This document shows, in pieces, positions 8,749 through 17,225 of a stretch of 23,993 nt of DNA (position 1 is its first letter; every line of letters begins with the position of its first letter). Under the pieces are notes generated by a model. The model had not been told where the DNA came from. It worked only from the letters and a program-made list of their open reading frames with translations, and searched no databases. The position numbers and the translations under genes were made by a program. Source of the DNA: Verrucomicrobiota bacterium (lineage in GTDB: Bacteria > Verrucomicrobiota > Verrucomicrobiia > Verrucomicrobiales > DEV007). The stretch is taken from positions 1 to 23,993 of the forward strand of contig JASFYY010000130.1 in NCBI GenBank assembly GCA_045046875.1, read 5' to 3'.

Positions 8749-9369
8749 ATGGATCCGCCCGACGAAGTGAGCGCTCAAGCTGAGGCCGACGCCGACAGGG
8801 AATCAAACGAATACCACGTGCGTTTGATGTTGCGGGTGAAAGATGGTGACATCGCCGCTTTTGAAGAAATCGTCGAAATCCACCAACATGCCGTGATCGG
8901 CACCGTCGCCAAAATGCTGGGCAATGCGAGCGACGCCGAAGACATCGCCCAACAAGTTTTTATCCGGGTATGGAAATCAGCCGCCCGCTACCAGGTCTCC
9001 GCCAAGTTCACCACCTGGATGTTCACCATCACCCGCAACCTGGTATTCAACGAGATGCGCCGCCGCAAACGCAAGCCCGTTGTCTCGATGGACGAGCGCG
9101 AAGAAGAATACAATCTGATCGCAAAAGATGAAAGCACCGCCACTCCCGATCAACAAGTGCTGGAAAACGAACTGGTAAAAGCCATCGACGACGCCATCCA
9201 GTCGCTGCCAGAAAAACAACGCCTAGCCGTTATCCTGCGCCGCTACGAAGACCGCTCCTACGAAGAGATCGCCGAAATCCTCTCAATGTCGTTATCCGCT
9301 GTCAAAAGCCTGCTGTTCCGTGCCCGTGGCCAACTAAAAGAAAACCTGCAAGTATATCTGACAGAGTAA
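8749..9369 (+). CDS. ECF-family RNA polymerase sigma-70 factor
   Basis: Region 2 (DAEDIAQQVFIRVW..KFTTWMFTITRN) and region 4 (LPEKQRLAVILR..SYEEIAEIL..VKSLLFRAR). Start is uncertain: ATG 8749 preferred, TTG 8641 possible. Confidence 0.92.
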   Translation: MDPPDEVSAQAEADADRESNEYHVRLMLRVKDGDIAAFEEIVEIHQHAVIGTVAKMLGNASDAEDIAQQVFIRVWKSAARYQVSAKFTTWMFTITRNLVFNEMRRRKRKPVVSMDEREEEYNLIAKDESTATPDQQVLENELVKAIDDAIQSLPEKQRLAVILRRYEDRSYEEIAEILSMSLSAVKSLLFRARGQLKENLQVYLTE

Positions 9370-9431
9370 CAACGGCTCCTTAAAGGCATCTTCTTATCCG
9401 CGGCAAAAAATATTTAGCGATCTCCCACAAC

Positions 9432-9460
9432 TTGAAACTCCAAGCAATAACTCCTACACT
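9432..9460 (+). promoter_or_regulatory. Sigma70 promoter for the 9500 gene
   Basis: TTGAAA-N17-TACACT. Confidence 0.55.
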
Positions 9461-9499
9461 GTCTAGAAAATCACAAACCCGCATCGCAATCGCAACTCC

Positions 9500-10000
9500 A
9501 TGCCATCTCCCCAACTCAGTCCCGAAGCCATCCGGGCGGTCACTAACGAACGCCTGAAACTCCTATCCTACGCCTATTTTATAAAAGGCACGATGATAGC
9601 CCTCACCGTATCCATCTTCATCTTTCACTTTATCTTCCTGCTGGCATTTTCGTTCATCCCTCAAAAAGTTTGGGATCAACCGCAGGTCGAAACGACAAGC
9701 TCACAAGCCATCGCACCTCCCACGGAAACCAGCGTCACCAATACCCACACCAACAACGGCCCTCCAGTGATCATATTCCGTGTCATGGCTGGCGTGATTG
9801 GCCTGATCATTCTACTCGGCTGGACTTTCGGAGCTTTGACGATTTATGCTGGTCGTTGCCTGCAAAAAAGGCAAAAACGCACCTTCATCTACGTGATTGC
9901 TGGCATCAATCTCATATTCATGCCCTACGGAACCGCCATCAGCATATTCACCTTCATCACTCTCAGTCAAGCTGACGCGCAAGAACAGTTCTCGAGCTGA
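9500..10000 (+). CDS. Hypothetical membrane protein (about 3 TM segments, Thr/Pro-rich loop)
   Basis: 166-aa ORF with hydrophobic segments and a C-terminal FMPYGTAISIFT motif; own upstream promoter. Confidence 0.75.
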   Translation: MPSPQLSPEAIRAVTNERLKLLSYAYFIKGTMIALTVSIFIFHFIFLLAFSFIPQKVWDQPQVETTSSQAIAPPTETSVTNTHTNNGPPVIIFRVMAGVIGLIILLGWTFGALTIYAGRCLQKRQKRTFIYVIAGINLIFMPYGTAISIFTFITLSQADAQEQFSS

Positions 10001-10098
10001 AACTCTCCACGTCCTGTCGGCATTGAACATTCCCTGCTGCGCGCTTGTCAAAAGCATCGCAGTCACGCGATCACGTGAACCAGGTCGTTTGACAAAGC

Positions 10099-10127
10099 TT
10101 GATTATTCCTTATTGGTTATATAGAAT
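10099..10127 (+). promoter_or_regulatory. Sigma70 promoter for the DUF1549/DUF1553-DUF1501 pair
   Basis: TTGATT-N17-TAGAAT ending 9 nt before ATG 10137. Confidence 0.5.
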
Positions 10128-10136
10128 CATTCGCCG

Positions 10137-12269
10137 ATGTTTTTACAAATCAGTCATAACCCAAACCAGCAACAGCCCCTCACCAAACGAGTCTGGGGCC
10201 GATTGACTTTGTTTGTCGTTGGTACGCTTTCCATTTTTTTCATTACAGCCGCTTCCACCCAAGCCGGTTCCGATCACTGGGCCTACCAAGCTCTGTCCCA
10301 ATCCAAAGTTCCCTCCAGCGACTCAAGCTCATGGTCAAAAACCGCCATCGACCGTTTGGTTGCGGCCCGCTGGCAAGAACATCAGCTCAAGCCGGTCGCC
10401 GACGCTGACAAGCGCACCCTGCTGCGACGTGCCACTTACGACCTGACCGGATTCCCTCCCACGCTCACCGAAACCAGCGATTTCCTCGCCGACTCTTCCC
10501 CTACGGCTTTTGCCAAAGTAGTCGACCGCTTGCTTGCATCCCCGGCTTATGGCGAGCGCTGGGGACGTCACTGGCTCGACGTGGTTCGTTACGCCGATAC
10601 CGCCGGCTGCGCGTCAGATTACCCCGTGCCTTCAGCTTATCGCTACCGCAACTACATCATCGACGCTTTTAATAATGACAAACCCTACGACCAGTTGATC
10701 CGCGAGCAAATCGCCGGTGACCTGCTGCCGGCCAAAGACGAGGCCGACCGTATCGAGAATATCGTCGCCACCGGCTACCTCGCCGAATCCCTGCGTTTTG
10801 GTGTAGGTGGCAAAGAAGAGAATCTCACCATCGAGGACACCATCGACAACCTTGGCAAAACCTTCCTCGCTTTGACCATCAGTTGCGCCCGCTGCCACGA
10901 CCACAAACACGATGAGATCACCGCCGCCGATTATTACGCCCTCTACGGTTTTTTCAAAAGCACCGTTTATGCCTTCCCCGGCAGCGAAAACTCCAGAGGC
11001 GTGACCTCCGACTTCACTCCGATTGGATCGGCCGACGAAGTCAACGCTTTCAAAAAAATCCAGGCTCAAATCGATGCAATGGAAATAGAGCGTGCGGTGC
11101 TTAAAAGGAAAGATCGAAAGTTGGCGGCTCAAGTTGCCGGAGGTGATCCCAAAATCATCGCAGAACAAAAATCACTTCAAAAACAACAACGCGAACTCAG
11201 CAAAAAAATCAAAATCCTGCTGAAACAAAACTCCACAGCAAACATCGCTTACGCCGTCTTCGATGGCAAAGCCAGCGATGCCCGCATTCAGGAAAAAGGT
11301 GAACGTTTCAACAAAAAAGCAGCGGTCAAACGACGCTTTCTGGAAGTCCTCGGCGGTCAACAGCTGCCCAAAGAAGTCGCCGCCAAAAGCAGTGGCCGTG
11401 ATCATCTCGCCCAGTGGATCGCTGACCCCGCCAACCCGCTCACCGCACGGGTGATGGTCAACCGTATCTGGCAACACCATTTTGGTCAGGGCATCGTCTC
11501 CACTCCCAACGATTTTGGCAAATACGGAGAGCACCCGACCCACCCCGAGCTGCTTGACTATCTGGCCAGACAGTTCATTCAATCCGGATGGTCGATCAAA
11601 AGCCTGCACCGCGACATCATGCTATCGCGGGTTTACCAACTGGCTGGCTCTGATGACGCTGCGGTTCTCGCTGCCGATCCGGAAAGCACCTGGTTGACCC
11701 ACAGCCGACGCCGACGCCTGTCTTCGGAAGAAATCGTCGACTCGATGTTACTTCTTAGCAACACCCTCGATCCCAGCCAAGGCCAGGCTCACCCCTTCCC
11801 TCCACGCAGCAAAAAAACCTACAGCCAGCACCACCCTTTTGTCGATGCCTACGACTCCAACCGTCGTGCCGTTTATTGGATGAGGCAACGACTGCGCAAG
11901 CACCCCACTCTCGCCATCTTTGATGCCGCCGACACCAAACAGAGCACTGGTGAACGTGCTCTGTCCACCACCGCGATCCAATCCCTGTTCATGATGAACG
12001 CCCCTTTTGTGCACGACAAATCATCAGCGCTCGGTGCTCGCCTGATCAACGAAGGCAAGGACGACTCCCAGCGCATCGCGCTCACCCACCAACTCCTGTT
12101 CAACCGTCCGGCCACTAACTCTGATGTCGAACTTGGCCTGCGTTATTTACAAAACAACCGGAAATCCCTGGCTTCCACCGAGGTGGCTAAAAACAAAATT
12201 CCACAAGAGGCTCTGGCCAGTTACGTTCGCGCGCTGATGGGCAGCAACGAATTCCTCTATCTTGAATAA
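10137..12269 (+). CDS. DUF1549 (PSCyt2) + DUF1553 (PSD1) domain exported protein
   Basis: Signal-like N-terminus; HWAY, LLRRATYDLTG, YGERWGRHWLDVVRYADT, CARCHDHK (CxxCH), NPLTARVMVNRIWQHHFG, PTHPELLD and terminal SNEFLYLE. Confidence 0.92.
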   Translation: MFLQISHNPNQQQPLTKRVWGRLTLFVVGTLSIFFITAASTQAGSDHWAYQALSQSKVPSSDSSSWSKTAIDRLVAARWQEHQLKPVADADKRTLLRRATYDLTGFPPTLTETSDFLADSSPTAFAKVVDRLLASPAYGERWGRHWLDVVRYADTAGCASDYPVPSAYRYRNYIIDAFNNDKPYDQLIREQIAGDLLPAKDEADRIENIVATGYLAESLRFGVGGKEENLTIEDTIDNLGKTFLALTISCARCHDHKHDEITAADYYALYGFFKSTVYAFPGSENSRGVTSDFTPIGSADEVNAFKKIQAQIDAMEIERAVLKRKDRKLAAQVAGGDPKIIAEQKSLQKQQRELSKKIKILLKQNSTANIAYAVFDGKASDARIQEKGERFNKKAAVKRRFLEVLGGQQLPKEVAAKSSGRDHLAQWIADPANPLTARVMVNRIWQHHFGQGIVSTPNDFGKYGEHPTHPELLDYLARQFIQSGWSIKSLHRDIMLSRVYQLAGSDDAAVLAADPESTWLTHSRRRRLSSEEIVDSMLLLSNTLDPSQGQAHPFPPRSKKTYSQHHPFVDAYDSNRRAVYWMRQRLRKHPTLAIFDAADTKQSTGERALSTTAIQSLFMMNAPFVHDKSSALGARLINEGKDDSQRIALTHQLLFNRPATNSDVELGLRYLQNNRKSLASTEVAKNKIPQEALASYVRALMGSNEFLYLE

Positions 12270-12287
12270 GCCACCTGACTTCATTTT

Positions 12288-13676
12288 ATGTTCGCCAATA
12301 ACTCCATTTCCAAGTCAATGCCCCGTCGTCAGGCGATCCGATCACTGATGGGTGGATCGATGCTGATGCCCGGCATCTTCTCCGAGTTACTGGCCTCCAG
12401 TTCAGGCTCCAAATCCCCGCTCGCCGCTCGCACCCCGCAACACCCGGCCAAAGCCGAACAGGTTATCTGGATCTACCTCTCCGGCGGTTTTTCCCACCTC
12501 GACACTTTCGACCCCAAACCAGGATTGTTCAAAGCTGCCAACGCAGCGGGTGCCCAATCGAAGAAAAACAAAACCCGCTACATGCCCTCGCCCTGGGACT
12601 TCCAGAAATGCGGCCAGTCCGGCATCGACATTTCCGATCTCTTCCCTCATCTGCGTGACTGCGCCGACGACTTGTGCATGATCCGCTCGCTGCACACCGA
12701 TCACGGCAATCACCAACGCGCAGCTCTGGGCATCCACACCGGCTCTTTTGCCATGACCCGGCCAAGTGCCGGTTCCTGGGTCAGTTACGGACTCGGCACC
12801 CTGAACGAAAACCTACCCTCTTTTGTCGTGCTCGCGCCCAAGATCCCCTACAGTGGCGCACAACTATGGGGCTCATCTTTCCTGCCCGGCGAGCACCAGG
12901 GCACCCGGGTTTTACCATCGGCCAACCCGGTTCCCAACCTGCAACGACTGAGCGCCTCCAGCGAACAGCAGAACCTCGAATTGGATCTGCTCAAACAATA
13001 CAACGCGCATCACCTCAAAAACCACCCGACTGACCCTAACCTGAAAGCGAGGATTCAATCCTATGAAACCGCTTTTGGCATGCAGATGGAAATGCCGCAG
13101 GTGCTCGACTTCAGCAAAGAAAGTGATGCCACCCACAAACTTTACGGATTGGAACGAGGCAGCACCAAAGGTTTTGCCTGGCAGTGTCTCGCCGCCCGGC
13201 GCATGGTCGAATCCGGCGTGCGCTTCATCGAGCTGATCGATACTGGCGCCAGTAACAACTGGGACGCCCATGGCAACATCGATACCCACATCCCACTGGC
13301 TAAAAATATCGACCAGCCCATCGCCGGACTGCTCAAAGACCTGAAGTCCCGTGGCATGCTCGAAAAGACCCTGGTGGTCTGCACCACGGAATTTGGACGC
13401 ACCCCGACCTTCGACGGCAGCAAAGGCCGCGGTCACCACAAAAACGTATTCACCTCCTGGCTGGCTGGAGGCGGTTCCAATGCCGGCACTATTGTAGGAT
13501 CTTCAGATGAACTGGGCAGCCAGCCACTGGAGAACCCGGTGCACGTCAACGATTTCCACGCGACCATACTTCACTTGTTAGGCATGGACCACGAACGGCT
13601 CACCTGGTATTACGGTGGACGTGACCACCGACTGACCGATCTCGCCGGACGTGTGGTTCCTGAAATCTTGGCGTGA
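12288..13676 (+). CDS. DUF1501 family protein (Tat-like signal)
   Basis: RRQAI twin-arginine; GGFSHLDTFDPKP, YGLGTLNENLP, ARRMVESGVRFI, WDAH, TEFGRTP, HVNDFHATILHLLG; usual partner of DUF1549/DUF1553 genes. Confidence 0.92.
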   Translation: MFANNSISKSMPRRQAIRSLMGGSMLMPGIFSELLASSSGSKSPLAARTPQHPAKAEQVIWIYLSGGFSHLDTFDPKPGLFKAANAAGAQSKKNKTRYMPSPWDFQKCGQSGIDISDLFPHLRDCADDLCMIRSLHTDHGNHQRAALGIHTGSFAMTRPSAGSWVSYGLGTLNENLPSFVVLAPKIPYSGAQLWGSSFLPGEHQGTRVLPSANPVPNLQRLSASSEQQNLELDLLKQYNAHHLKNHPTDPNLKARIQSYETAFGMQMEMPQVLDFSKESDATHKLYGLERGSTKGFAWQCLAARRMVESGVRFIELIDTGASNNWDAHGNIDTHIPLAKNIDQPIAGLLKDLKSRGMLEKTLVVCTTEFGRTPTFDGSKGRGHHKNVFTSWLAGGGSNAGTIVGSSDELGSQPLENPVHVNDFHATILHLLGMDHERLTWYYGGRDHRLTDLAGRVVPEILA

Positions 13677-13742
13677 TTGAGCGCCATAAACCCGCCTCCC
13701 TGCGCGTATCTTGTCATTTTTAACGCGCAAATTGGCAAAGCG

Positions 13743-13771
13743 TTGACGCAAGCCCCCGGCTTACCCATAGT
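13743..13771 (+). promoter_or_regulatory. Sigma70 promoter inside a convergent intergenic region
   Basis: TTGACG-N17-CATAGT, with a purine (G13778) 7 nt after the -10 box. Confidence 0.6.
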
Positions 13772-13777
13772 GCTCTC

Positions 13778-13875
13778 GACAACGGATTTCATATCCGTTT
13801 TCAGCAGCAGCAGGCAGGCCGCGAATTCAGACGCGCGGCAAAAGGCACAACCCGGGTTTCCCGGGTTGTGTTTTT
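13778..13875 (+). ncRNA. Candidate ~98-nt small RNA (three hairpins)
   Basis: Promoter upstream; hairpins AACGGAT/ATCCGTT (13781-13799) and GCCGCG/CGCGGC (13818-13839), then terminator (13846-13870) with T-run; no ATG in the transcript. Confidence 0.55.
13841..13875. terminator. Intrinsic terminator, likely bidirectional
   Basis: CACAACCCGGG-TTT-CCCGGGTTGTG perfect 11-bp stem; TTTTT follows on +, CCTTTT follows on -; lies between convergent genes. Confidence 0.85.
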
Positions 13876-13899
13876 GTTTGAGACCCTACTTTATTTTCA

Positions 13900-15306
13900 T
13901 CAAGCGGCAAGAGGAACAAAACTGGCTCCTAACAAGATCACGATCAATCCGGTGATGCCCATCACCGCCATCATCGCACTGGAAGTTTTTAAAGTTTCCG
14001 CTTCAGTCATTCCGGTCATGCGACCGATGATCCAGAACCCACTGTCATTCATCCACGAGATTGGTTTGGATCCGCAACCAATTGCCAGCGCGACATAAAC
14101 CGGATGAAAGTCCAGCTCCGCTCCTTGAACCAAGGGAGCGACGATACCCACGGAGGTGATCATCGCCACCGTAGCCGATCCCTGTGCCGTACGCACCACC
14201 GTAGTGATGGCAAAAGCCATCACTAATAACAACAACTGGGTCTCCGGCATCACCCCACGCAGTTCCTCGGTGATCCCGGTTTGACGCAAAGTCAGACCAA
14301 AAGCACTGCCCGCCGCCGTGATCAAAATGATCACCCCACCGCTCGACAACGCCGACTGCACCGGCTCCGCCAGTTCTTTCAATGACTGGCGTTTGGCCCA
14401 GGCCAACATGCCCAGACTGAGCATCGCCGATAAAATCAACGCGATGTTTTTATCTCCCAAAATACGCAAAATTCCGGATTCAAAACCCATCGCTTTAGCC
14501 AAAGTCTGACCGCCGATCAAAAGCACTGGTAGGGCAATCGGACTGATCGCCACCCACAACGGAGGCAATCTTTGCTCTTTAGCCCCTGAGTCCCCCCCCT
14601 CCTCGATCTGCGTCACCCCGGCACCCTCCCGCAGTGGAATTTCCCAGCGCCGGTTCGCCCACAAGGCATAAGCATAACCTGCACTGACGGCAAAAGCTCC
14701 GACGATCAATCCGCCGATCATCATCACTCCCACATCGATGCCCAATTCCAGTGCCACCAAAATCGGCCCCGGCGTGGGTGGCACCAGCGAGTGCGCCATC
14801 GTCGCACCGGCGACGATGGCCAGAATGTAGAGCAAATAATCCTTACCGGTTCGTTCCCGCATCGCTTTGCCCAAAGGCATCAGCAAATAAAACACGGTGT
14901 CAAAAAACACCGGAATGCCCAATACAAACGCACTCGCCGAAAAAGCCATCGGGGTGCGTTTTTCTCCAAACACCCGGCGGATCCAAACCACGATGCGCTC
15001 AGCCGCTCCGCTATCGAGCATGCACTTGCCGATGATCGCCGCCATCGCAATCAATATCCCTATCTTGCCTGCGCCCACCCCGAACCCCTGGGTCACCCGG
15101 AACACAAACAGCTTGCCCGCCAAGGCATGTGCCTCTTCGGCTGACATGCCCTCGCTGAGATAAAACTGCTCCACCGTTTCCGGGCTGGTCAAAACAGCCA
15201 CCGTCAGCGCCGCCAGGATCAATGCCAGAAAAGCGTGCAGTCTGAGGAATAAAATCCCCCCCACTACGATCGCCATTCCAATGGCCAATATATAAAACGG
15301 ATTCAT
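13900..15306 (-). CDS. GntP-family sugar-acid (gluconate-type):H+ symporter
   Basis: LHAFLALIL, DSGAAERI, IPVFFDT, HSLVPPTPGP, AQGSATVAMIT, WMNDSGFW: GntP signatures. Confidence 0.93.
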   Translation of the reverse strand: MNPFYILAIGMAIVVGGILFLRLHAFLALILAALTVAVLTSPETVEQFYLSEGMSAEEAHALAGKLFVFRVTQGFGVGAGKIGILIAMAAIIGKCMLDSGAAERIVVWIRRVFGEKRTPMAFSASAFVLGIPVFFDTVFYLLMPLGKAMRERTGKDYLLYILAIVAGATMAHSLVPPTPGPILVALELGIDVGVMMIGGLIVGAFAVSAGYAYALWANRRWEIPLREGAGVTQIEEGGDSGAKEQRLPPLWVAISPIALPVLLIGGQTLAKAMGFESGILRILGDKNIALILSAMLSLGMLAWAKRQSLKELAEPVQSALSSGGVIILITAAGSAFGLTLRQTGITEELRGVMPETQLLLLVMAFAITTVVRTAQGSATVAMITSVGIVAPLVQGAELDFHPVYVALAIGCGSKPISWMNDSGFWIIGRMTGMTEAETLKTSSAMMAVMGITGLIVILLGASFVPLAA

Positions 15307-15369
15307 GTTCTAAAACTTCACTGCCTGTTCATACAGATTCCCAATCAGAACTGCGAGCACATTTTTGCT

Positions 15370-15383
15370 GGATATTCGTATCC
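15370..15383. promoter_or_regulatory. Palindrome GGATA-TTCG-TATCC in the divergent permease/dehydratase intergenic region
   Basis: Seen directly; an operator role is inference. Confidence 0.3.
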
Positions 15384-15405
15384 GATGCTCCCATCTTAAA
15401 CCCCT

Positions 15406-17136
15406 ATGTCCGATTCCAAACGTGATCCCAGTCAACTCCGCAGCGCCCGCTGGTTTGCCCCCGACGACCTACGCAGTTTCGGCCACCGCTCGCGGATCAA
15501 ACAAATGGGTTTTGATACCCCCGACTACCAGGACAAACCGGTGATCGGTATTCTCAACACGTGGTCAGACATGAACACCTGCCACACTCACTTTCGCGAC
15601 CGCGCCGAAAAAGTGAAACAAGGTGTCTGGCAAGCCGGAGGTTTCCCAATGGAAATTCCGGTCATGACGCTGTCCGAGACCTTCATGAAACCCACCTCCA
15701 TGTACTACCGCAATCTGGTTGCAATGGAAGTCGAAGAAACCCTGCGCTGTTACCCCATCGACGGCGCGGTACTGATGGGAGGCTGCGACAAAACCGTGCC
15801 CTCGCTGATCATGGGCGCCACCTCGGCCAACGTGCCAAGCATTTTTCTACCCGCTGGAGTGATGCTCAAAGGTTGCTGGAAAGGCGAAACTCTCGGCTCC
15901 GGTTCCGATGTATGGAAATACTGGGCCGAGCGCCGCGCTGGCAATCTGTGCGAAGATGCCTGGAGCGAAATCGAAGATGGCATCGCCCGCTCACCCGGCA
16001 CCTGCATGACCATGGGCACGGCAGCGACCATGATGGCCATCGCCGAAGTGCTGGGACTCAGTCTGCCCGGCTCCTCATCCATCCCCGCTGTGCACTCAGC
16101 TCACAGCCGCATGGCCAGCGCCTGTGGACGGCGCATTGTCGATCTCGCCTGGGATCAGGTCAAACCGTGTGACATCCTCACCGAGCAAGCCTTCGACAAC
16201 GCCATCACTGCCGACATGGCACTCGGCGGATCCACCAACGCCATCATTCACCTGATCGCCATGGCTGGCCGCGCAGGTATCAAACTCGACCTCGAACGCT
16301 TTGATGAGATTTCGCAAAAAACTCCGGTCATCGGCAATCTGCGCCCCTCCGGCGAATACCTGATGCCCGACTTTTACGATGCCGGCGGTCTGCTCGCAGC
16401 GATGAACCGCATCCGCGATTTCCTCCACCTTGATTGTCTGACTGTCTCCGGAGCAAGTTTGGGAGAAAACATCGACGGGGCGCAAGTCATCGACGAAGAC
16501 ATCATTCGTCCCCTTGATCGCCCCGTTTCTGCCAGTGGCGGCACCTTTGTCCTACGTGGCAACCTCGCTCCCGACGGATGCGTGATCAAACCCACTGCAG
16601 CCGAGGCCCGACTGCTCAAACATCGGGGACCAGCGGTGGTCTTCAGCGATTACAAAGACTTGAAAGAGCGTCTCAACGACGACGATCTCGACATCAGCGC
16701 CGATCACATCATCGTGCTGCAGAATGCCGGCCCGATCGGTGCCCCCGGCATCCCTGAATGGGGCATGCTGCCGATCCCTGACAAACTGCTCAAACAAGGG
16801 GTGCGCGACATGGTGCGCATCTCCGACTCACGCATGTCCGGCACCAGTTATGGGACTTGTGTATTACACGTTGCTCCGGAATCCGCCATAGGCGGTCCGC
16901 TCGCATTGGTGCAAACCGGAGACTACATCGAACTCGATGTCGAAGCGCGGCGCATCCACCTCGATGTCAGCGATGAAGAACTGGCGATAAGGAAATCTCA
17001 ATGGAAAGCCCCTGAAGTGCGTTTCCAACGTGGTTACGGTAAACTATTTGCCGAGCAAATCACCCAGGCCAATGAAGGCTGTGACTTCAAAATTCTCCAC
17101 CACGGCCCCGACACTCCTGAACCGGAAATCCATTAA
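15406..17136 (+). CDS. IlvD/Edd-family sugar-acid dehydratase (L-arabinonate dehydratase-like clade)
   Basis: LRSARWF..RSFGHRSR, NTCH, GGCDKT, GTCMTMGTA, GGSTNA, GNLAPDG, PEWG, SDSRMSGT and terminal PEPEIH; exact substrate not determinable from sequence here. Confidence 0.9.
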   Translation: MSDSKRDPSQLRSARWFAPDDLRSFGHRSRIKQMGFDTPDYQDKPVIGILNTWSDMNTCHTHFRDRAEKVKQGVWQAGGFPMEIPVMTLSETFMKPTSMYYRNLVAMEVEETLRCYPIDGAVLMGGCDKTVPSLIMGATSANVPSIFLPAGVMLKGCWKGETLGSGSDVWKYWAERRAGNLCEDAWSEIEDGIARSPGTCMTMGTAATMMAIAEVLGLSLPGSSSIPAVHSAHSRMASACGRRIVDLAWDQVKPCDILTEQAFDNAITADMALGGSTNAIIHLIAMAGRAGIKLDLERFDEISQKTPVIGNLRPSGEYLMPDFYDAGGLLAAMNRIRDFLHLDCLTVSGASLGENIDGAQVIDEDIIRPLDRPVSASGGTFVLRGNLAPDGCVIKPTAAEARLLKHRGPAVVFSDYKDLKERLNDDDLDISADHIIVLQNAGPIGAPGIPEWGMLPIPDKLLKQGVRDMVRISDSRMSGTSYGTCVLHVAPESAIGGPLALVQTGDYIELDVEARRIHLDVSDEELAIRKSQWKAPEVRFQRGYGKLFAEQITQANEGCDFKILHHGPDTPEPEIH

Positions 17137-17225
17137 CATCATTTAACGTCATCGCGCCTATTGCATAAACCACAGCAGCGCGGACTTTCCTGTCAGCTTA
17201 TTCAAAACTCACTTTTCACCTTTTC

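Noticed and set aside
10045..10095. Inverted pair TTGTCAAA / TTTGACAA, including a perfect TTGACA
   Set aside because: Arms only 8 bp and 35 nt apart; the TTGACA has no good -10 at 17 nt, and TTGATT-N17-TAGAAT explains the promoter better
13610..14098. Short ORFs 13610-13792 (-), 13677-13955 (+), 13868-14098 (+), or a Gln4/Leu4 leader peptide from the CAG repeat
   Set aside because: They overlap real genes or cross the terminator, and no suitably placed start codon exists for a leader peptide in the predicted transcript
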